64,000 bases of DNA, taken from the NCBI GenBank assembly GCA_019752125.1, contig JAIEMM010000002.1, positions 3,062-67,061 on the forward strand, written 5' to 3'. Made by a program: the position numbers and the translations under genes. The notes beneath the pieces were generated by a model. It made no database searches. It was not told the DNA's origin and saw only the letters and a program-made list of their open reading frames with translations. This stretch comes from Patescibacteria group bacterium (GTDB lineage: Bacteria; Patescibacteriota; Minisyncoccia; Phycocordibacterales; SBAW01). Shown here in pieces: positions 61,816-64,000 of this stretch (its first letter is position 1; every line of letters starts with the position of its first letter).

Positions 61816-62541
61816 CTAGTTTGTCTGGGCTGCGAGCGACTCAGGGTTGGTAACTGTGCCAAGATTCTGTTCATAGGCTTTTGCTACTTCATCGAGGACG
61901 TACGAGATGACATGGAAAGAAGAGTCGTTCGCAGGAATTGGATATGTGACACCGCTCATATCGCAGTCTGTATTGAGAAGCGCGATAACAGGGATATTGA
62001 GTTGGATTGCTTCAGCAATTGCACCCTTCTCGTGCCCTGGGTCAATAACAAACATTGCATCAGGTATTTTGGTCATACCCTTCAAACCTCCAAACATGCG
62101 TTCAAGGTCTACGATGTTGCGGTCAATGAGCAAACGTTCGTGCTTTGTGAATTTGCTTAGTTCGCCTTTTTCGCGCTGGTCTGTCTGTTCTGACAAAAGA
62201 TTGAGGCGTTTTTTGATTTCAGAAAAGTTAGTGAGAGTACCGCCGATCCAGCGAGATGCCACGTACGGCAAATTGAGGCGCTCTGCTGCGCGCTTGAGCG
62301 GTTCGCGTGATTCTGCTTTACCACCGACAAAAAGGATGGTTTTGCGGCTTCCTGCGAGGCCTTTTACAACTTCGAGGGCTGCAGCAAGAGAGTCGGCGGT
62401 CTGCTCCAAGTCAAAGAGCTCAGTACCGCCTTTTGTACCGAAAATATAACGAGCCACCGAAGGATGGCGGCGGGATGGCGCATACCCGAAGTGGGCGCCA
62501 AGCTTGAACAAAGTGTCGATTATTGATTTATTTTCTTCCAT
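61816..62541 (-). CDS. rpsB: 30S ribosomal protein S2
   Basis: HFGYAPSRRHPSVARYIFG and LFVGGKAESREP motifs. Confidence 0.9.
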   Translation of the reverse strand: MEENKSIIDTLFKLGAHFGYAPSRRHPSVARYIFGTKGGTELFDLEQTADSLAAALEVVKGLAGSRKTILFVGGKAESREPLKRAAERLNLPYVASRWIGGTLTNFSEIKKRLNLLSEQTDQREKGELSKFTKHERLLIDRNIVDLERMFGGLKGMTKIPDAMFVIDPGHEKGAIAEAIQLNIPVIALLNTDCDMSGVTYPIPANDSSFHVISYVLDEVAKAYEQNLGTVTNPESLAAQTN

Positions 62542-62586
62542 AGAGACCCACGTAAATTAACATGTTGGGTGGTATTACGCAACTTC

Positions 62587-62635
62587 TGACCAAGGTCCGA
62601 CCTTGCCATCCTCTGGCAAGGTCGGACCTTGGTCA
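62587..62635. repeat. GGTCCGACC-family element: perfect 22-bp-stem hairpin in the prfA-rpsB intergenic region
   Basis: tgaccaaggtccgaccttgcca-tcctc-tggcaaggtcggaccttggtca. Overlaps the prfA stop codon by 3 nt. Confidence 0.7.
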
Positions 62636-63625
62636 TTCTTCCTCTCCAGTGTCACTAAAGTTCCCTTCTGCACCAGCCAGGGCATCCAAAATAGGGTCCA
62701 AGCCACCTTGGAAGATAATAGGCAGGTTGTGCCAGCTTTCCCTGAGGCGATGGTCTGTAATACGGTCCTGGAGGATGTTGTAGGTACGGATCTTTTCAGA
62801 TCGACTGCCTGTGCCTATCTGCTCCTTACGGTCAGCGGAGAGCTTCGATCGCGCTTTTTCTTCTTCATACTGCTCGAGCTTTGCGAGCAAGACCCCCATA
62901 GCTTTTTCACGGTTGCCGAGCTGGTTACGTTCTGATTGTGATCGTGCCTCAATACCTGTAGGTTTGTGCACGATACGCACCGCTGTTTCAACCTTGTTGA
63001 CGTTTTGCCCGCCTGCACCACCTGCGCGCGAGAATTCCATTTCTATGTCGCCAGGATTGATTTCGACTGTATGTTTTTTACGGATAGGAAGCATAGCAAC
63101 TGAAGCAGTCGAGGTGTGTACGCGGCCAGACTTTTCTGTAGCAGGAATGCGCTGGATGCGGTGCACGCCCGTCTCAAAACGCATACGTTTGTATACGCCC
63201 AGACCCTTAATTTCGAGAATGACCTCTTTATATCCACCCAAGTCTGTTTTAGATTCTGAGAGAATACGCACCTGCCACCCCCGCGCTTCCGCATATGCGC
63301 GATACATGTGCGAAAGTTCCTCGGCAAACAAGGCGGCCTCTTCGCCACCGGTACCTGCACGGATTTCCATTATGGCTTCGTTCGGAAACTCTTCCTCTTG
63401 CTTTTCCTTCTCGAGGATTTTTTCTATCTCTGCAATAAGTGCAGCCTTTTGGTCCTCAATGCGAGCAAGGTCATCCTTCGCGAGTTCACCTAAGTCCCCT
63501 GCCGCCAGCTCTTTTATCTCCGCCTCTTCTACAAGCAGGCGTTCAAGCTCGACTGCAAAATAGGCAGTTTTTGGATTCTCTTTGTATTTATCTATATCCA
63601 TATTCATTGCTGTAGCGAAAAACAC
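62633..63625 (-). CDS. prfA: peptide chain release factor 1
   Basis: GGQ motif ([25 protein letters not shown]) and a PAT tripeptide ([14 protein letters not shown]), consistent with the RF1 PxT motif. Confidence 0.75.
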   Translation of the reverse strand: MFFATAMNMDIDKYKENPKTAYFAVELERLLVEEAEIKELAAGDLGELAKDDLARIEDQKAALIAEIEKILEKEKQEEEFPNEAIMEIRAGTGGEEAALFAEELSHMYRAYAEARGWQVRILSESKTDLGGYKEVILEIKGLGVYKRMRFETGVHRIQRIPATEKSGRVHTSTASVAMLPIRKKHTVEINPGDIEMEFSRAGGAGGQNVNKVETAVRIVHKPTGIEARSQSERNQLGNREKAMGVLLAKLEQYEEEKARSKLSADRKEQIGTGSRSEKIRTYNILQDRITDHRLRESWHNLPIIFQGGLDPILDALAGAEGNFSDTGEEE

Positions 63626-63732
63626 CTATGTCTTTCGGGCACCGGAAATTGTTTGCTAACAATTTCCTATGTCTCGCGCCGGTTGCGCTCGACTAATTGC
63701 CCGATAGCCACAGGTGTTTAAAGCATGCGTCC

Positions 63733-63942
63733 TTATTTCTTCGCAGCTGCGCGACGTTGTTTGAATTTCTCCACGCGACCAGCAGTGTCGAGGATTTTCT
63801 CGTTACCAGTGTAGAACGGGTGGCACGCACTGCAGATTTCAACGCTTAGAGATTCTGATGTTGAGCCAACAGTAAAGGAATTGCCACATACGCACGTGAC
63901 TTTCGCCTCTGGGAAATACGTTGGGTGGGTTTCTGCTTTCAT
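63733..63942 (-). CDS. rpmE: 50S ribosomal protein L31
   Basis: [10 protein letters not shown]...CVCG...[27 protein letters not shown]. Confidence 0.8.
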   Translation of the reverse strand: MKAETHPTYFPEAKVTCVCGNSFTVGSTSESLSVEICSACHPFYTGNEKILDTAGRVEKFKQRRAAAKK

Positions 63943-64000
63943 GCGGATATATTAGCACACCAAAACCGAAAATCAAGGACATTGGGCCACGTAGCTTGGA

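Overview
Contig of about 48% GC, read under the standard genetic code, from a reduced-genome bacterium. Gene content suggests a CPR/Saccharibacteria-like episymbiont: short SMC, ThrRS without an editing domain, a sortase surface locus and many C-terminal low-complexity tails; this phylum assignment is inference only. Housekeeping genes present are mltG, class I RNR nrdA/nrdB, truB, hisS, dsbA-like, dnaG-rpoD, a fused rpoB-rpoC ORF (2297 aa), trmD, KH-rpsP, rnr, smc, rnc, a NusB-Nudix fusion, rpmF, rnhB, dnaE, thrS, gyrB, pheST, tRNA-Thr(UGU), tsf, rpsB, prfA and rpmE. There is also a glycosylation/envelope cluster (GT4 x2, alpha/beta hydrolases, DedA, PAP2-like, cupin, HIT, phosphomannomutase) and a sortase-centred surface-protein locus whose two substrates carry IPYTG sorting signals. 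Two things stand out. First, at least four families of short GC-rich palindromic repeats occur in several copies, and most copies sit in-frame inside essential genes (dnaG, pheT, trmD, gyrB, phosphomannomutase), adding short peptide insertions, much like Rickettsia RPE elements. Second, roughly a dozen GC-rich (55-65%) ORFan genes, several with their own consensus sigma70 promoter, strong Shine-Dalgarno and hairpin terminator, are wedged between conserved housekeeping operons. One of them replaces rimM/rplS in the rpsP-trmD operon. This pattern fits repeated gene acquisition from a high-GC (for example actinobacterial) partner. No CRISPR, rRNA or transposase was seen.
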